DNA of 64,000 nt from an uncultured delta proteobacterium (GTDB taxonomy: Bacteria; Desulfobacterota; Syntrophia; Syntrophales; UBA2185): NCBI GenBank assembly GCA_963729715.1, contig CAVSPA010000010.1, positions 181,230 to 245,229 on the forward strand, in the 5' to 3' direction. Within the stretch, counting starts at the first letter, position 1. Every line of letters begins with the position of its first letter. This document shows, one piece after another, positions 49,157 through 60,095 of this stretch. Made by a program: the position numbers and the translations under genes. Below the pieces are notes generated by a model. It searched no databases, was not told the DNA's origin, and saw only the letters and a list, made by a program, of their open reading frames with translations.

Positions 49157-49653
49157 ATCAGGCTTTCCTGCTTCTTCTCCACATCTTTGGCCATACGTTC
49201 TATGAAGGCATCCAGTTTTGTTTTCAGGCTCTTATCTTCGAGGGCCAGGATTCTAACAGCGAGCAGGGCTGCATTTTTTGCGCCCGCCTTGCCAATGGAC
49301 ATGGCCGCAACAGGTATGCCTCCGGGCATCTGCGCCGTGGAGAGCAATGCATCCATTCCGCCAAGCGGCGTTGCATCAATCGGCACGCCGATGACCGGCA
49401 GGATGGACTGGGAGGCAATAACGCCGGCGAGATGCGCCGCCGCTCCGGCGCCCACGACGATAACCCTGATGCCTCTTTGAGATGCCTTTTTCGCGAATGA
49501 GGATGTCCTTTCCGGCGACCGGTGGGCGGAAGTCAAGAAAACCTCGTGAGGAACTGCGAAATCCTTCAAGAGCCTGATCGTCTCCCCCATAACCGGAAGG
49601 TCGGAATCACTTCCCATAACTACGCTGACTATGGGTGCCTTCTTCTCTTTCAT
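49141..49653 (-). CDS. purE: N5-CAIR mutase
   Basis: MGSDSD, SAHRSP, GAGAAAHLAG, QMPGGIPVA. Confidence 0.97.
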   Translation of the reverse strand: MKEKKAPIVSVVMGSDSDLPVMGETIRLLKDFAVPHEVFLTSAHRSPERTSSFAKKASQRGIRVIVVGAGAAAHLAGVIASQSILPVIGVPIDATPLGGMDALLSTAQMPGGIPVAAMSIGKAGAKNAALLAVRILALEDKSLKTKLDAFIERMAKDVEKKQESLICDKS

Positions 49654-49778
49654 ATCAATTAGTCCTCCATCTTGTGATGTCGCCAACGTGACAATACGCA
49701 AATCCCAAACAGATACAAAATTCCCATGTCCCAAAATAAGAGATAAAAACTCAGATGCAAGATTCCGGACAGCCTCTG

Positions 49779-51344
49779 TCAGTGTCGGAAGTGCCTCATC
49801 TCCGTGAAAACCATGGCCATGTCACGCTCATCGGCCGCCTTGATAACTTCCGCATCTCTGACGGAGCCGCCGGGTTGGATTATGGCGGTGATGCCTGCCT
49901 CTGCTGCCATATCGATGCCATCCCTGAATGGAAAGAAGGCATCGGAAGCCAATACACAGCCCTTTGTCGGCAGCTTGGCTTTCATGGTGGCGATTCTTAC
50001 AGAGTCCACGCGGCTCATCTGTCCCGCGCCCACACCGACCAATTGGTCCTTTGTGGCGTAGACAATAGCGTTCGATTTGACGTATTTCACAACCCTCCAC
50101 GCAAAGTCCAAAGCCTGATATTCCTCACCCGAGGGAGGCCTCTTTGTAACTACATGCGCTTTCCTGATATCAAAATCATCAGTATCCCTTTCCTGAATAA
50201 GAAGGCCTCCTACGACTCTCCGAAAATCGTAGCCTGCAGGGCGGGTTCCCGCCAGGGGAATTTCCAAAAGCCGCACATTCTTCTTTGCGCTTAATATAGC
50301 CCTCGCGTCCTCGTCAAATCCCGGCGCGATAATGACTTCAAGGAAAATTTTGGCCATATCCTGGGCTGCTTTTTTATCTATGGTCCGGTTTACAGCCACG
50401 ATGCCCCCGAAGGCGGAAACGGGGTCCGTTTCCATGGCCTTCCTGAAAGCTTGGGCGATATCACCGCCGGAGGTGGCGGCGCCGCAAGGGTTGGCGTGTT
50501 TGACAATGATCGTTGCGGGTAATTCAAAAGCAGAAACCATCTGCCATGCCGCATCGCTGTCCATGATATTGTTGTACGATAATTCTTTACCCTGGAGCTG
50601 ATGCGCTCCGGCTATGGCAGAGGGAGGCTGATCCGTTTCCCTGTAAAAAGCGGCATGCTGATGAGGGTTCTCTCCGTAGCGGAGATCCTGGGTCTTGACG
50701 AACTGAACGGTAAAAGTCTCGGGGAATGTTTTCGGGGCGCCATCCTTGCTGATGCTGCTCAGGTAGTTGGAGATAGCGCCATCGTATCTGGCAGTCAGTC
50801 GAAAGACCTTGGCGGCAAGAGCAAAGTTTGTATCCTCCGAGATTTTCCCTCCCGTGTTTTTCATTTCCTCCAAGATGGCGGAGTAATCAGCGGGATCGGT
50901 GATTACGCTTACATGGCGGTAATTCTTCGCCGCGGCCCGCAGCATGGTCGGGCCGCCGATGTCGATGTTCTCGATAGCGTTATCAAGGGTACAGTCCTTT
51001 TTTGCTATGGTGTCTTCGAACCTATAGAGGTTGACGACAACCATGTCGATCATGTCGATATGGTGCTCCGCAGCAGCTTTCATGTGGGCCTCATTATCGC
51101 GCAGCGCCAGAAGGCCGCCATGTATCTTCGGATGCAGTGTCTTCAACCTGCCATCCATCATTTCCGGGAACCCTGTATAATCTGATACATCAATCACATC
51201 TATGCCGCCCATCCGCAACTGGGCCGCCGTTCCGCCTGTCGACACGATTACTACATGAAAGACCTTGAGCTCCCGTGCAAACTCGATAATCCCCTTCTTG
51301 TCCGTGACGCTTATCAGCGCTCTTTTGATAGTATTCATTTTCAT
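49779..51344 (-). CDS. purH: Bifunctional AICAR formyltransferase/IMP cyclohydrolase
   Basis: [33 protein letters not shown]. Confidence 0.98.
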   Translation of the reverse strand: MKMNTIKRALISVTDKKGIIEFARELKVFHVVIVSTGGTAAQLRMGGIDVIDVSDYTGFPEMMDGRLKTLHPKIHGGLLALRDNEAHMKAAAEHHIDMIDMVVVNLYRFEDTIAKKDCTLDNAIENIDIGGPTMLRAAAKNYRHVSVITDPADYSAILEEMKNTGGKISEDTNFALAAKVFRLTARYDGAISNYLSSISKDGAPKTFPETFTVQFVKTQDLRYGENPHQHAAFYRETDQPPSAIAGAHQLQGKELSYNNIMDSDAAWQMVSAFELPATIIVKHANPCGAATSGGDIAQAFRKAMETDPVSAFGGIVAVNRTIDKKAAQDMAKIFLEVIIAPGFDEDARAILSAKKNVRLLEIPLAGTRPAGYDFRRVVGGLLIQERDTDDFDIRKAHVVTKRPPSGEEYQALDFAWRVVKYVKSNAIVYATKDQLVGVGAGQMSRVDSVRIATMKAKLPTKGCVLASDAFFPFRDGIDMAAEAGITAIIQPGGSVRDAEVIKAADERDMAMVFTEMRHFRH

Positions 51345-51383
51345 CTCATGGTCTGGAATCCTGATGATACCAATAAACCAACT

Positions 51384-52709
51384 TTACCTCCTTACTTGTT
51401 GCATGTGGCGTATTCTTTTTTCAATGAGTGGTTCCGTACCAATATCAGGTCTGTGATCAACAGGCCCCTTGATTTGGGAAGCAGCTCTTTCGGCTATCTC
51501 CTCCGCCTTATGAAGACTGTCTGCTATGCCGACGACGCCGATTGCACGGGATGTGCTCATATAAAGTCCATCTTCCCTTTTGTCAACTGAAGCATAGTAC
51601 AGGCGCGCTGATCCCACATCGCCTACCTCGATTCTTGCCGAAGTCGATTGGGCGTGGGGATGGTCTTTGGGAAGGCCGTAACCCAAGGGGACAACGTACT
51701 TGCATACTGTTGCCTTTTTCTCAAAGTCTATGTTTATCCTGTCGAGGGTTCCCTCGATGATTGCTTTACAGACATCGATGAAGTCAGTGTTCAGGATTGG
51801 AAATATATTCATAGCCTCGGGGTCGCCGAAGCGCGCATTGTATTCGAGAAGTTTGATGCCGGATCTTGTTATCATGAATCCACCGTACATCACTCCTTTG
51901 TAATACTCCCCTGTTTCTTTATAAATTGCCTTTGCAACCTTCCTGGTAATTGCCAGCGCCTCTGCGACATTTTTCTTATCCATGAAGGGAAGGGAGTGAT
52001 CTTCACAAGAGTATGATCCCATTCCCCCTGTATTGGGGCCTTTATCGTCGACGAACCGCCGTTTGTGATCCTGAACGGGAGGAGTTGCGACAACCGTCTT
52101 TCCGTCGCACAGGCACTGCAGGGAGAATTCCTCACCCTCCAGTCTTTCGTCAATAGTCACACTTTGATGTTCGGCCAGAACCTGTTCGCAGTACGCAAGC
52201 GCCTCTTCCTCTGTCTGAAAATGATCGCCCTGAACCATTACGCCTTTGCCTCCGGTCAGTCCATCCGGCTTGACAACTATACCGTCAAGTTCGCCCAAGA
52301 ATTCTTTGATTCCTTTCATGCTTGTGAATATTTCAAATTTTGGATTCCCCGGTATATTGTATTTTTGGAGCAAATTCCTTGTGAAGGACTTTGAAGTCTC
52401 AAGACGGGCCAGGCTCTTGGTGGGACCGACTGCCGGAATGCCCATTTCCTTCAAGGCATCAACAACGCCGTTGTTCAGTGGGTCCTCCGGACCGACAATT
52501 GCAAAATCTACGGAGGTGCCTTTTGCAAAAGTGCTGATCGCCGTTAGGTCACTGTAGCTTCCCATGGATATCTTTTCTGAGATCGATGCGATGCCCGGGT
52601 TGTTGGCTTTCATAAATGAAAATAGTCTTGGCCGACGCTTAGATCTCATGACTGCTTCGGCGAAAGCGTGTTCACGGGCACCATTTCCGATCAAAAGTAC
52701 GCTAATCAT
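51384..52709 (-). CDS. purD: Phosphoribosylamine-glycine ligase (archaeal-type sequence features)
   Basis: GNGAREH, VGPEDPL, QDHKR, GPNTGGMG, EYNARFGDPE. Confidence 0.95.
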   Translation of the reverse strand: MISVLLIGNGAREHAFAEAVMRSKRRPRLFSFMKANNPGIASISEKISMGSYSDLTAISTFAKGTSVDFAIVGPEDPLNNGVVDALKEMGIPAVGPTKSLARLETSKSFTRNLLQKYNIPGNPKFEIFTSMKGIKEFLGELDGIVVKPDGLTGGKGVMVQGDHFQTEEEALAYCEQVLAEHQSVTIDERLEGEEFSLQCLCDGKTVVATPPVQDHKRRFVDDKGPNTGGMGSYSCEDHSLPFMDKKNVAEALAITRKVAKAIYKETGEYYKGVMYGGFMITRSGIKLLEYNARFGDPEAMNIFPILNTDFIDVCKAIIEGTLDRINIDFEKKATVCKYVVPLGYGLPKDHPHAQSTSARIEVGDVGSARLYYASVDKREDGLYMSTSRAIGVVGIADSLHKAEEIAERAASQIKGPVDHRPDIGTEPLIEKRIRHMQQVRR

Positions 52710-52955
52710 GGCATTTCTCCTCACACAAAGTTCTTGCGGCAAACTGTATCCGCATGCATATCACGTGACGCTGATTTTGAAACAACCTCCTTTTGTGTTC
52801 CAAAATATCGGAAAAAATCATCCGCGTCAAACAAAACTGATCGCACGTTGAGATTAATAGTCTGTCCTTCATGGAAAAAATTTGCTAAAGTAATCCATAA
52901 CAATATCCATACTCATGACCAATGATTCAATACGGAGGAGTATTTTTCTGTAAAA

Positions 52956-54224
52956 TTGGAATATCTTATTACATTCAAATTTGCACTGCTTGTAATTCTT
53001 TTTCTCCTGTCGGGATTCTTCTCCTGTTCAGAGGCGGCTCTTTTTTCGCTTACCCCCCTCCACCTCCACAAAATGAAGGAAGAACGCTCCCAGTTTCTGT
53101 CTCATGTAAGCAGGCTCTTGGAACATCCGCGAAGGCTGCTCATTACGGTCCTTGTAAGTAATGAATCAGTCAACATCACCATATCCGTCTTGGTGGCTTC
53201 CCTGTGCATACATTATTTCGGTGCAGACGGTCAGTGGTTGGCAGTTGCCGTTACCACCCCGGTTTTGCTTATTTTTGCGGAGGCGATACCAAAAACTTTT
53301 GCCGTTATACGTCCCATGACTTTTTCAGCGCTCGTCTCGCCTCTATTGGTGATCATCTCGAGGATTGAACGCCCTGTCGTATGGGCCTTGGAAAGAATAT
53401 CATGGTTTTTTGTATCTCTGTTCTCGGCTGAAGCATCAGCGGGGAAAAAGGCTCTTACAGAAGATGAATTTAAGATCCTCATTGATGTCTATCAAAAAGA
53501 AGGGGGACTGGAAGAAGCACAGAGGGATCTCATACACAAGGTATTTGGTTTGGCCGATAAGCCGGTTTCGGAGATCATGATCCCCCGCGTTGAGATGTTT
53601 TGTCTTCCCATATCTCTCAGCATGACAGAGATGGAAGCAGAAATCATCAAGGCGCGGCATACAAGGATACCCATTTACGGCAGTGATCGGGATGACATTC
53701 TCGGGATCCTGTTTGCAAGGGACCTCATAAGCGGAATCTCCGGTGAAAGCGGCGGCCTTCACATAAATAAATTGTTGAAGAAGCCGTGGTTTGTTCCTGA
53801 GGTAAAAAGTGCGGCCAGTCTCCTTAGGGAATTTCAGACAAGAAAGATTCAAATTGCCATAATCGTCGACGAGTATGGCGGTGTCTCCGGCATGGTAACA
53901 ATTGAGGATATCCTCGAGAGCCTCTTTGAGGATATATATGATGATTACGGGCTAAGGGACAACCTCTGGCAGAGAATCGATGACAGAACATTGCTGGTAT
54001 CAGGAAAGATGCCTGCGGAAGACTTAAACAATCTGATAGATGTTTCGATCCGGCAGGAAGATTTTGACACCGTCGGCGGCTTCGTCTTCCATCTTTTCGG
54101 AAAACTGCCTGCAAAAGGGGAAGAGGTCGGCTTCGGTGATTATGTTTTTAGGGTGGAAAAAATGGGCAAGGCGAGGATCCTGAATATAAGGATTGAGAAG
54201 CGGGAGCAAAGTGGCGATGGATAA
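52956..54224 (+). CDS. Hemolysin C/CNNM (DUF21-CBS-CorC) membrane protein
   Basis: FFSCSEAA, AEAIPK, IMIPR, DEYGG, TVGGF. Confidence 0.92.
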   Translation: MEYLITFKFALLVILFLLSGFFSCSEAALFSLTPLHLHKMKEERSQFLSHVSRLLEHPRRLLITVLVSNESVNITISVLVASLCIHYFGADGQWLAVAVTTPVLLIFAEAIPKTFAVIRPMTFSALVSPLLVIISRIERPVVWALERISWFFVSLFSAEASAGKKALTEDEFKILIDVYQKEGGLEEAQRDLIHKVFGLADKPVSEIMIPRVEMFCLPISLSMTEMEAEIIKARHTRIPIYGSDRDDILGILFARDLISGISGESGGLHINKLLKKPWFVPEVKSAASLLREFQTRKIQIAIIVDEYGGVSGMVTIEDILESLFEDIYDDYGLRDNLWQRIDDRTLLVSGKMPAEDLNNLIDVSIRQEDFDTVGGFVFHLFGKLPAKGEEVGFGDYVFRVEKMGKARILNIRIEKREQSGDG

Positions 54225-55533
54225 CTTTTCTTCCCTCCTGTTGATTCTTTCCTGCATATGTCTCGAGGGACTATTCTCCGGAGGTGAACTCGCCTTCGTT
54301 GCCTCGGATGTCAATAAGATAAGGCAGAAGGCCAACATGGGGTCCCGCTCTGCCAAGATTGCCCTGAGACTTCTCGAGAAACCGGACTGGTTCCTTTCGA
54401 CAACATTGAGCGGGACGGGGCTATGTGTAGTCACGAGCACCTCCATAGCTACCGCTCTCTTCATATCCGCATTCGGTTTGGCCAAAGGCCCGATATTGGC
54501 TGTCGCTGTCATGATTCCGACGCTTCTCATCGTGGGTGAGATTGTTCCCAAAAGTATTTTCCAGCAGCATGCGGAATTCATTGCCATAAGACTGTCATGG
54601 TTCATATGGGTGTCATCGTGGTTGCTGTTTCCCATAGTTCTTATCATCTCTACGATATCGCGGGTGGCTATCCGTATTTCAACGGGAGGAAAAGATATCG
54701 TCTCCGCATCCTATATTACAAAAGACGGTCTTAAACAGATCCTGAGGCACAGATCGGAAGAAAGCGATATCCTGGGCACGGAAAGGGAAATGATCAGAAA
54801 CATCATCGATTTTTCCGAGGTAACCGCCGATAAAATAATGGTGCCCCTATCGGCACTGACATCCCTTCCGGCAACGGCCACTCTCAGAGAGGCGGTTCAA
54901 CTTGCAGCTGAAAAAAAATACCTCCGCATCCCCATATATCGTGATCAGATATTCAATATCATCGGTATACTTCACTACTTTGATCTCTTGGAGGCTCTAC
55001 ACGGACGGTCTTCCAGTCATCCTTCTCTGTCTGATGGGAAAGAGACAATCGAATCCTATCTCAAACAGATGGTTTATTATGTTCCGGAGACAAAACTTGC
55101 CAAAGAACTCCTCGTTGAATTGCTGATCAGAGGTGAAAGGATGGCTGTCGTTGTCGATGAATATGGTGGTGCACTGGGCATTGTGACTATAGAAGACATC
55201 CTAGAGGAAATTGTAGGTGAGATTGACGATGAATACGGCAGCGGCGAAAAGATGTATAAGAAAATCGGGGCGGGGAAGTATCTCGTCAATGCCAAGATGA
55301 GCATAGAGAGGATTAATCAATTGCTGCCGCTCGACATTCCGGACGGAGACTATGAGACCCTCGGGGGATTTTTACTTTACAGGATGGAGAAGATACCGAA
55401 AAGACGAGATGCGTTGAGACATGGCAGCGCCCTGCTTGTGATCGAGGATGCTGACGCAAGGTCAATCAAGGAGGTCTTAATTGAGCTGCCGGTCGACGCC
55501 GATGTCAGCGGAAGGGATAAGACCGGCCCTTGA
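54217..55533 (+). CDS. Hemolysin C/CNNM (DUF21-CBS-CorC) membrane protein, second paralogue
   Basis: [38 protein letters not shown]. Confidence 0.92.
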   Translation: MDNFSSLLLILSCICLEGLFSGGELAFVASDVNKIRQKANMGSRSAKIALRLLEKPDWFLSTTLSGTGLCVVTSTSIATALFISAFGLAKGPILAVAVMIPTLLIVGEIVPKSIFQQHAEFIAIRLSWFIWVSSWLLFPIVLIISTISRVAIRISTGGKDIVSASYITKDGLKQILRHRSEESDILGTEREMIRNIIDFSEVTADKIMVPLSALTSLPATATLREAVQLAAEKKYLRIPIYRDQIFNIIGILHYFDLLEALHGRSSSHPSLSDGKETIESYLKQMVYYVPETKLAKELLVELLIRGERMAVVVDEYGGALGIVTIEDILEEIVGEIDDEYGSGEKMYKKIGAGKYLVNAKMSIERINQLLPLDIPDGDYETLGGFLLYRMEKIPKRRDALRHGSALLVIEDADARSIKEVLIELPVDADVSGRDKTGP

Positions 55534-55601
55534 TGGTTTATAATAAATGGTCGGATTAATTAGCCGGAGTCACTCAATCAATTAATATGTAAGGTTGTTG
55601 A

Positions 55602-56357
55602 ATGAACGGGAATGAAAAACAAAAAGTGAGTGCCATCATTTTGGCCGCAGGTAAGGGGACGAGGATGAAGGCGGACGTAGCTAAGGTCATGCATCCACTC
55701 TGCGGGAGGCCGATGCTGACATATTCGGTCGATGCTGCCAGGGCAGTAAACGCGGAAAAGATCGTGGTCATCGTAGGTCACCAGGCAGGTCTCATCATGG
55801 AGGCATTCAAGAGTCAGGGTTTGATCTTCGTAGAACAGCATGAGCAGCTGGGAACGGGACATGCCGTACTTCAGGCGAGAGATGTTTTCCGCGGTTACGA
55901 CGGCACCATACTGATATTGTGCGGAGATGTCCCCATGCTTTCGCCTTCAACAATCAGCGCCCTTCTGGAAATTCATATTCTGGGAAAATCAATTGTTACG
56001 GTTCTGACAACGATATTGGATGATCCCTCCGGCTATGGACGAGTGATCAAGGAAGGGGAGAAAGGTGATATATCGCGGATCGTGGAGGAAAAAGATGCGT
56101 CTCCTGCTGAAAATAAAATAAAGGAGATAAATACAGGCATATACTGCGTAGAAAGCAATTTTCTCTTCAGAGCCGTTCGCGACATTGGCAATGAAAATAT
56201 CCAGAAAGAATACTATCTCACGGATATAGTTGGTATCGCCTGGCAGAAAGGTTTCAAGACCAGATCGTTCATCGCCGCCAATTCCAGCGAGGTTATGGGT
56301 ATAAACACTCCTGATGATCTTGAGAAGGCGTCCGAACGCATGAAAACATGCAAGTGA
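55602..56357 (+). CDS. Stand-alone GlmU N-terminal-like uridyltransferase (no acetyltransferase domain)
   Basis: LAAGKGTRM, QLGTGHAV, GDVP, GYGR, EINTGIY, EYYLTD; ends after GINT. Confidence 0.88.
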   Translation: MNGNEKQKVSAIILAAGKGTRMKADVAKVMHPLCGRPMLTYSVDAARAVNAEKIVVIVGHQAGLIMEAFKSQGLIFVEQHEQLGTGHAVLQARDVFRGYDGTILILCGDVPMLSPSTISALLEIHILGKSIVTVLTTILDDPSGYGRVIKEGEKGDISRIVEEKDASPAENKIKEINTGIYCVESNFLFRAVRDIGNENIQKEYYLTDIVGIAWQKGFKTRSFIAANSSEVMGINTPDDLEKASERMKTCK

Positions 56358-57346
56358 AAATAGGAAATCTGACCCTCAAGAATAATGTTTTTCTGGCGCC
56401 CATGGCAGGCATCACGAATCTGCCTTTCCGGACCCTCGCCAGGGAATTCGGGTGTGGTTTAGCTTTTACGGAAATGATCAGCGCCAATGGCCTTGTCAGG
56501 AACACCGGGAGGAGCTACCGATACCTTCGATCCTCACCTGGTGACAAACCCTTAGGCGTTCAGATCTTCGGTGCCGATCCGGGTGTCCTTTGCGAAGCGG
56601 TGCAAATGGCAGCCGATACCGGTGCAGACCTTATAGATATAAACATGGGCTGTCCTGTAAGGAAGGTCGTAAAGACGGGCGCCGGAGCCGCCCTCCTAAG
56701 GGAGCCTGAGCGAGTGCGCCGTATCCTGCAAGCGATCCGGAAGGCGACATCATTGCCATTGACCATAAAACTTCGTTCCGGCTGGCATCGTGGTGAAACG
56801 GGAGCCCTTGAGATTGCCAGCATAGCCCAGGATTGCGGAGTAGATGCAGTGATACTTCATCCCCGTTCGGCAGATCAGGGATACAGCGGTACTGCAGATT
56901 GGAGTGTTATTGAGGAAGTGAAAAAAAAATTACATTCCCCAGTAATAGGGAGTGGCGATATAAGAAGCCCCGAAGACGCCTGCCGGATGATAAAAACTAC
57001 CGGTTGTGATGGCATCATGGTGGGAAGAGCGGCGCTGGGCAATCCCTGGTTATTCACCGAAATCATAAGATATCTTGAGGAGAGGAAAGATACTTTGCCG
57101 CCCTCTTCAGTCGAGAGGGAGAAAGTTATAAGAAGGCATATGGAAATGGAAATCAATTACTCGGGGGAAAGCCTCGGTCTCAGAAATTTCCGCAAACACC
57201 TCCTCTGGTATACGAAGGGCATAAGGGGCGGCTCTCTGTTCAGGGAGATAGTGGGCAGGATACATGACAAGAATGACATATTGGATGCGGTTCACGGATT
57301 TTTCCATGCTATCGTGGAAGGCCCTCCCATGCCCCAGAAACAATAA
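56348..57346 (+). CDS. dusB: tRNA-dihydrouridine synthase B
   Basis: LAPMAG, DINMGCP, GDI, MVGRAALGNPW. Confidence 0.93.
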   Translation: MQVKIGNLTLKNNVFLAPMAGITNLPFRTLAREFGCGLAFTEMISANGLVRNTGRSYRYLRSSPGDKPLGVQIFGADPGVLCEAVQMAADTGADLIDINMGCPVRKVVKTGAGAALLREPERVRRILQAIRKATSLPLTIKLRSGWHRGETGALEIASIAQDCGVDAVILHPRSADQGYSGTADWSVIEEVKKKLHSPVIGSGDIRSPEDACRMIKTTGCDGIMVGRAALGNPWLFTEIIRYLEERKDTLPPSSVEREKVIRRHMEMEINYSGESLGLRNFRKHLLWYTKGIRGGSLFREIVGRIHDKNDILDAVHGFFHAIVEGPPMPQKQ

Positions 57347-57355
57347 AATAAGCGC

Positions 57356-57384
57356 TTGACATTTATGGGTCGAATTGGCATAAT
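57356..57384 (+). promoter_or_regulatory. Sigma70-type promoter of the zapB-zapA-6S-rny operon
   Basis: TTGACA-17 nt-CATAAT. Confidence 0.75.
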
Positions 57385-57524
57385 CCGAGCCAATTCCTTG
57401 GATAAAAATTACCGAGAGGTTCATTAATCTGCAGAAGCTTCTCCTCTTACTATTAACAGCCTATTTTTAGGGTGTTCGATTGCGGGGAATGCAGCTACGA
57501 ACCGGATGAAAGATGTGATGGATT

Positions 57525-57755
57525 GTGGAACTTGTAAAATTTGAGGAATTGGAAAGCAAGATTAAAGATCTTATCGAAGAACATGCTTTACTGAGAAGGA
57601 AGAATCATGAATTGGAAGAACTTCTCAAGAGCAAAGGATTGGAATTAGAAGGGGCGAACAATAAAATAAGGGGATTAAACGAGGAAAGGGATTCTATACG
57701 CACAAAGGTGGACTCACTACTTGATTTGCTTCAGGATATCAATGTACAGCAATGA
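57525..57755 (+). CDS. zapB: ZapB-like coiled-coil protein
   Basis: Heptad coiled coil, ERDSIRTKVDSLL; upstream of zapA. Confidence 0.75.
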   Translation: MELVKFEELESKIKDLIEEHALLRRKNHELEELLKSKGLELEGANNKIRGLNEERDSIRTKVDSLLDLLQDINVQQ

Positions 57756-58051
57756 ATACTGAGGTCGTGTATTTGGACAAGAGTTTTAATATCAATATAC
57801 TGGGGCAGCAGTTGTCGGTTTTGTCTGATTCGGGGGATGAACACGTAGCAAGCGTTGTCAAGTACGTAACTGACAAGATAAGGGAAGCAGGAAGTACATC
57901 TGCAAACGCGAACACCTTAAATGTTGCCATACTGGCTGCTTTGAACATTGCAGATGAGTATATTAAATTTAAGGGAATGAAAGAAGATATTTGCAATCAA
58001 TTAGAGAGTAGATCCGAGAGACTGATTGATCTTATTGATGAAATAAAGTGA
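57752..58051 (+). CDS. zapA: Cell division protein ZapA
   Basis: INILGQ, VAILAALNIADEY. Confidence 0.92.
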   Translation: MNTEVVYLDKSFNINILGQQLSVLSDSGDEHVASVVKYVTDKIREAGSTSANANTLNVAILAALNIADEYIKFKGMKEDICNQLESRSERLIDLIDEIK

Positions 58052-58065
58052 AGTAAGAAGATATT

Positions 58066-58256
58066 ATCCCCTGCAGTGTGCGTGATTAACATTCATTTTT
58101 TGAGCCAACACCTTGGAACCGGGGGCCTTTCCTTGTTAGCGGTGTGCATGTCTGCCGGCATCCCGTAAAAACGGGGGTGGAAAGCCTAAAGCAACAATAG
58201 GGTGCCCACCTTATCGGAAGGTTCAAAAAGGTGTTTAACACGGCATTGGCGGGGGT
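58066..58256 (+). ncRNA. ssrS: 6S RNA
   Basis: About 190-nt rod: cccctgcagtg pairs with cattggcggggg, ttttgagcc with ggttcaaaaa; conserved position after zapA. Confidence 0.9.
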
Positions 58257-58520
58257 TTTATTTTATAATTAGGGCTTTCATCTGCATTTGTTCCCTCAGC
58301 CGCGCAGTGTAACCCAATCCCTTCCATCATATCCCCACTGATACAATAAGACTTGGACTTTTTTTGCGGCTATGCCGCTAATAAATGGTTAGTCAGAGTA
58401 TCCTTAGGCGATGAGACAAGTTGAAAGCTCTTGCGTTGTAGATTCGTGCAATGGACATTTTATCCATGATAAGCCCTGGATATTTTGTTCCACATCATAG
58501 ATTAGGGAGGTGAAGAGGCT

Positions 58521-60086
58521 TTGATATATAACACTTTAATCACGTTAATTGTAATTGGTTCTATAGCAGCTGGTGTCTTGTTAGGATATGCCTTGAGACA
58601 GAGGCTTTCCGATAAGAAACTGGAATCATCGGAAAACCTCTCAGCCAGAATCATAGATGAGGCCAAGAAGGAAGCGGAAACCATCAAGAAAGAGGCTCTC
58701 CTTCAGGCTAAAGAAAATCTTCTCAAGACAAAAACGGAATTCGAAAAAGATTCAAAAGAAAGGAAATTTGAACTCGACAATCTTGAACGAAGACTGCGGT
58801 CTAAAGAAGAAAATATAGACAGGAGATTGGACTCGCTGTCTCAGAAGGAAACGAATATTGAAAACAGGGAGAAGGGCCTGATAAACAGGGAATCGCAGCT
58901 AAATGATAAACATGAAAGGTTAAACCGTTTGCTTGAGGAACAGAAAGAAAAGCTGGAGAAGATTGCAGGCATTTCCTCCGATGAGGCGAAGAATTATCTC
59001 ATGCAGTCCATGGAAACTCAAGCGAAACGGGAAGCGGCAGTTAATATAAGAAAGATAGAGGAGGAAGCCAAACGGACTGCTGATAAGAATGCACGAGAGA
59101 TCATTACCTATGCCGTGCAAAGATACGCCAGCGAATTCGTTGCTGAGAACACTGTATCGGTTGTTAATCTTCCCAACGACGAAATGAAGGGCAGAATTAT
59201 TGGAAGGGAAGGCAGAAATATCAGGGCTATTGAAGCGGCAACGGGCATAGACTTAATCGTTGATGATACACCGGAGGCCGTTGTCCTATCGAGTTTTGAT
59301 CCCATCAGACGGGAAGTGGCAAGAATGTCCCTGGAGAGATTGATTACAGACGGCAGAATCCATCCGGGAAGGATTGAGGATATAGTGAAGAAGGTTAAGA
59401 CGGAGGTCGATGCTATTGTCCGAGAGACGGGCGAACGCACATCTTTCGACGTAGGAGTACATGACCTCCATCCTGAAATTACGAATCTCTTAGGAAGTCT
59501 TAAGTTCAGGACCAGCTTTTCTCAAAACGTCCTTCAGCATTCTATAGAAGTGGCTCACCTTACGGGCATTATGGCTGCCGAGCTGAAAATGAACGTCAAA
59601 GAAGCCAAGAGGGCAGGGCTGCTTCATGATATAGGAAAGGCGGTGGACCATAAGGTAGAAGGCACGCATGCCGCAATTGGTGCCGATTATGCAAAGCGAT
59701 TCGGCGAGTCCGCCAGGATTGTTCAGGCCATTGCTACGCACCATGATGATGGTCGAACCAATACGCTCCTGGGTGTACTCATTCAGGCGGCTGACAGCCT
59801 GTCGGCCGCGAGGCCGGGCGCACGCAGGGAGATGCTCGAAACATATGTCAAGCGTCTGGAAGAACTGGAAAGTATAGCGAACTCCTTTAGCGGAGTTGAT
59901 AAATGTTATGCCATACAGGCAGGAAGAGAGATACGCATACTTGTCGAAAATGAAAAGATTTCGGATGACGATGCCGTAATGCTCTGCAAGGATATTATCA
60001 AGAAAATTGAAGCTGATTTGACCTATCCGGGACAGATAAAAGTAACTGTCATCAGGGAAACGCGCGTTTCAGATTATGCAAGATAG
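58521..60086 (+). CDS. rny: Ribonuclease Y
   Basis: N-terminal TM, coiled coil, [35 protein letters not shown]. Confidence 0.98.
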   Translation: MIYNTLITLIVIGSIAAGVLLGYALRQRLSDKKLESSENLSARIIDEAKKEAETIKKEALLQAKENLLKTKTEFEKDSKERKFELDNLERRLRSKEENIDRRLDSLSQKETNIENREKGLINRESQLNDKHERLNRLLEEQKEKLEKIAGISSDEAKNYLMQSMETQAKREAAVNIRKIEEEAKRTADKNAREIITYAVQRYASEFVAENTVSVVNLPNDEMKGRIIGREGRNIRAIEAATGIDLIVDDTPEAVVLSSFDPIRREVARMSLERLITDGRIHPGRIEDIVKKVKTEVDAIVRETGERTSFDVGVHDLHPEITNLLGSLKFRTSFSQNVLQHSIEVAHLTGIMAAELKMNVKEAKRAGLLHDIGKAVDHKVEGTHAAIGADYAKRFGESARIVQAIATHHDDGRTNTLLGVLIQAADSLSAARPGARREMLETYVKRLEELESIANSFSGVDKCYAIQAGREIRILVENEKISDDDAVMLCKDIIKKIEADLTYPGQIKVTVIRETRVSDYAR

Positions 60087-60095
60087 AAAACGTAG

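Noticed and set aside
52710..52955. ZTP or purine riboswitch upstream of purD-purH
   Set aside because: Conserved ZTP and purine aptamer nucleotides are not present; only weak stems
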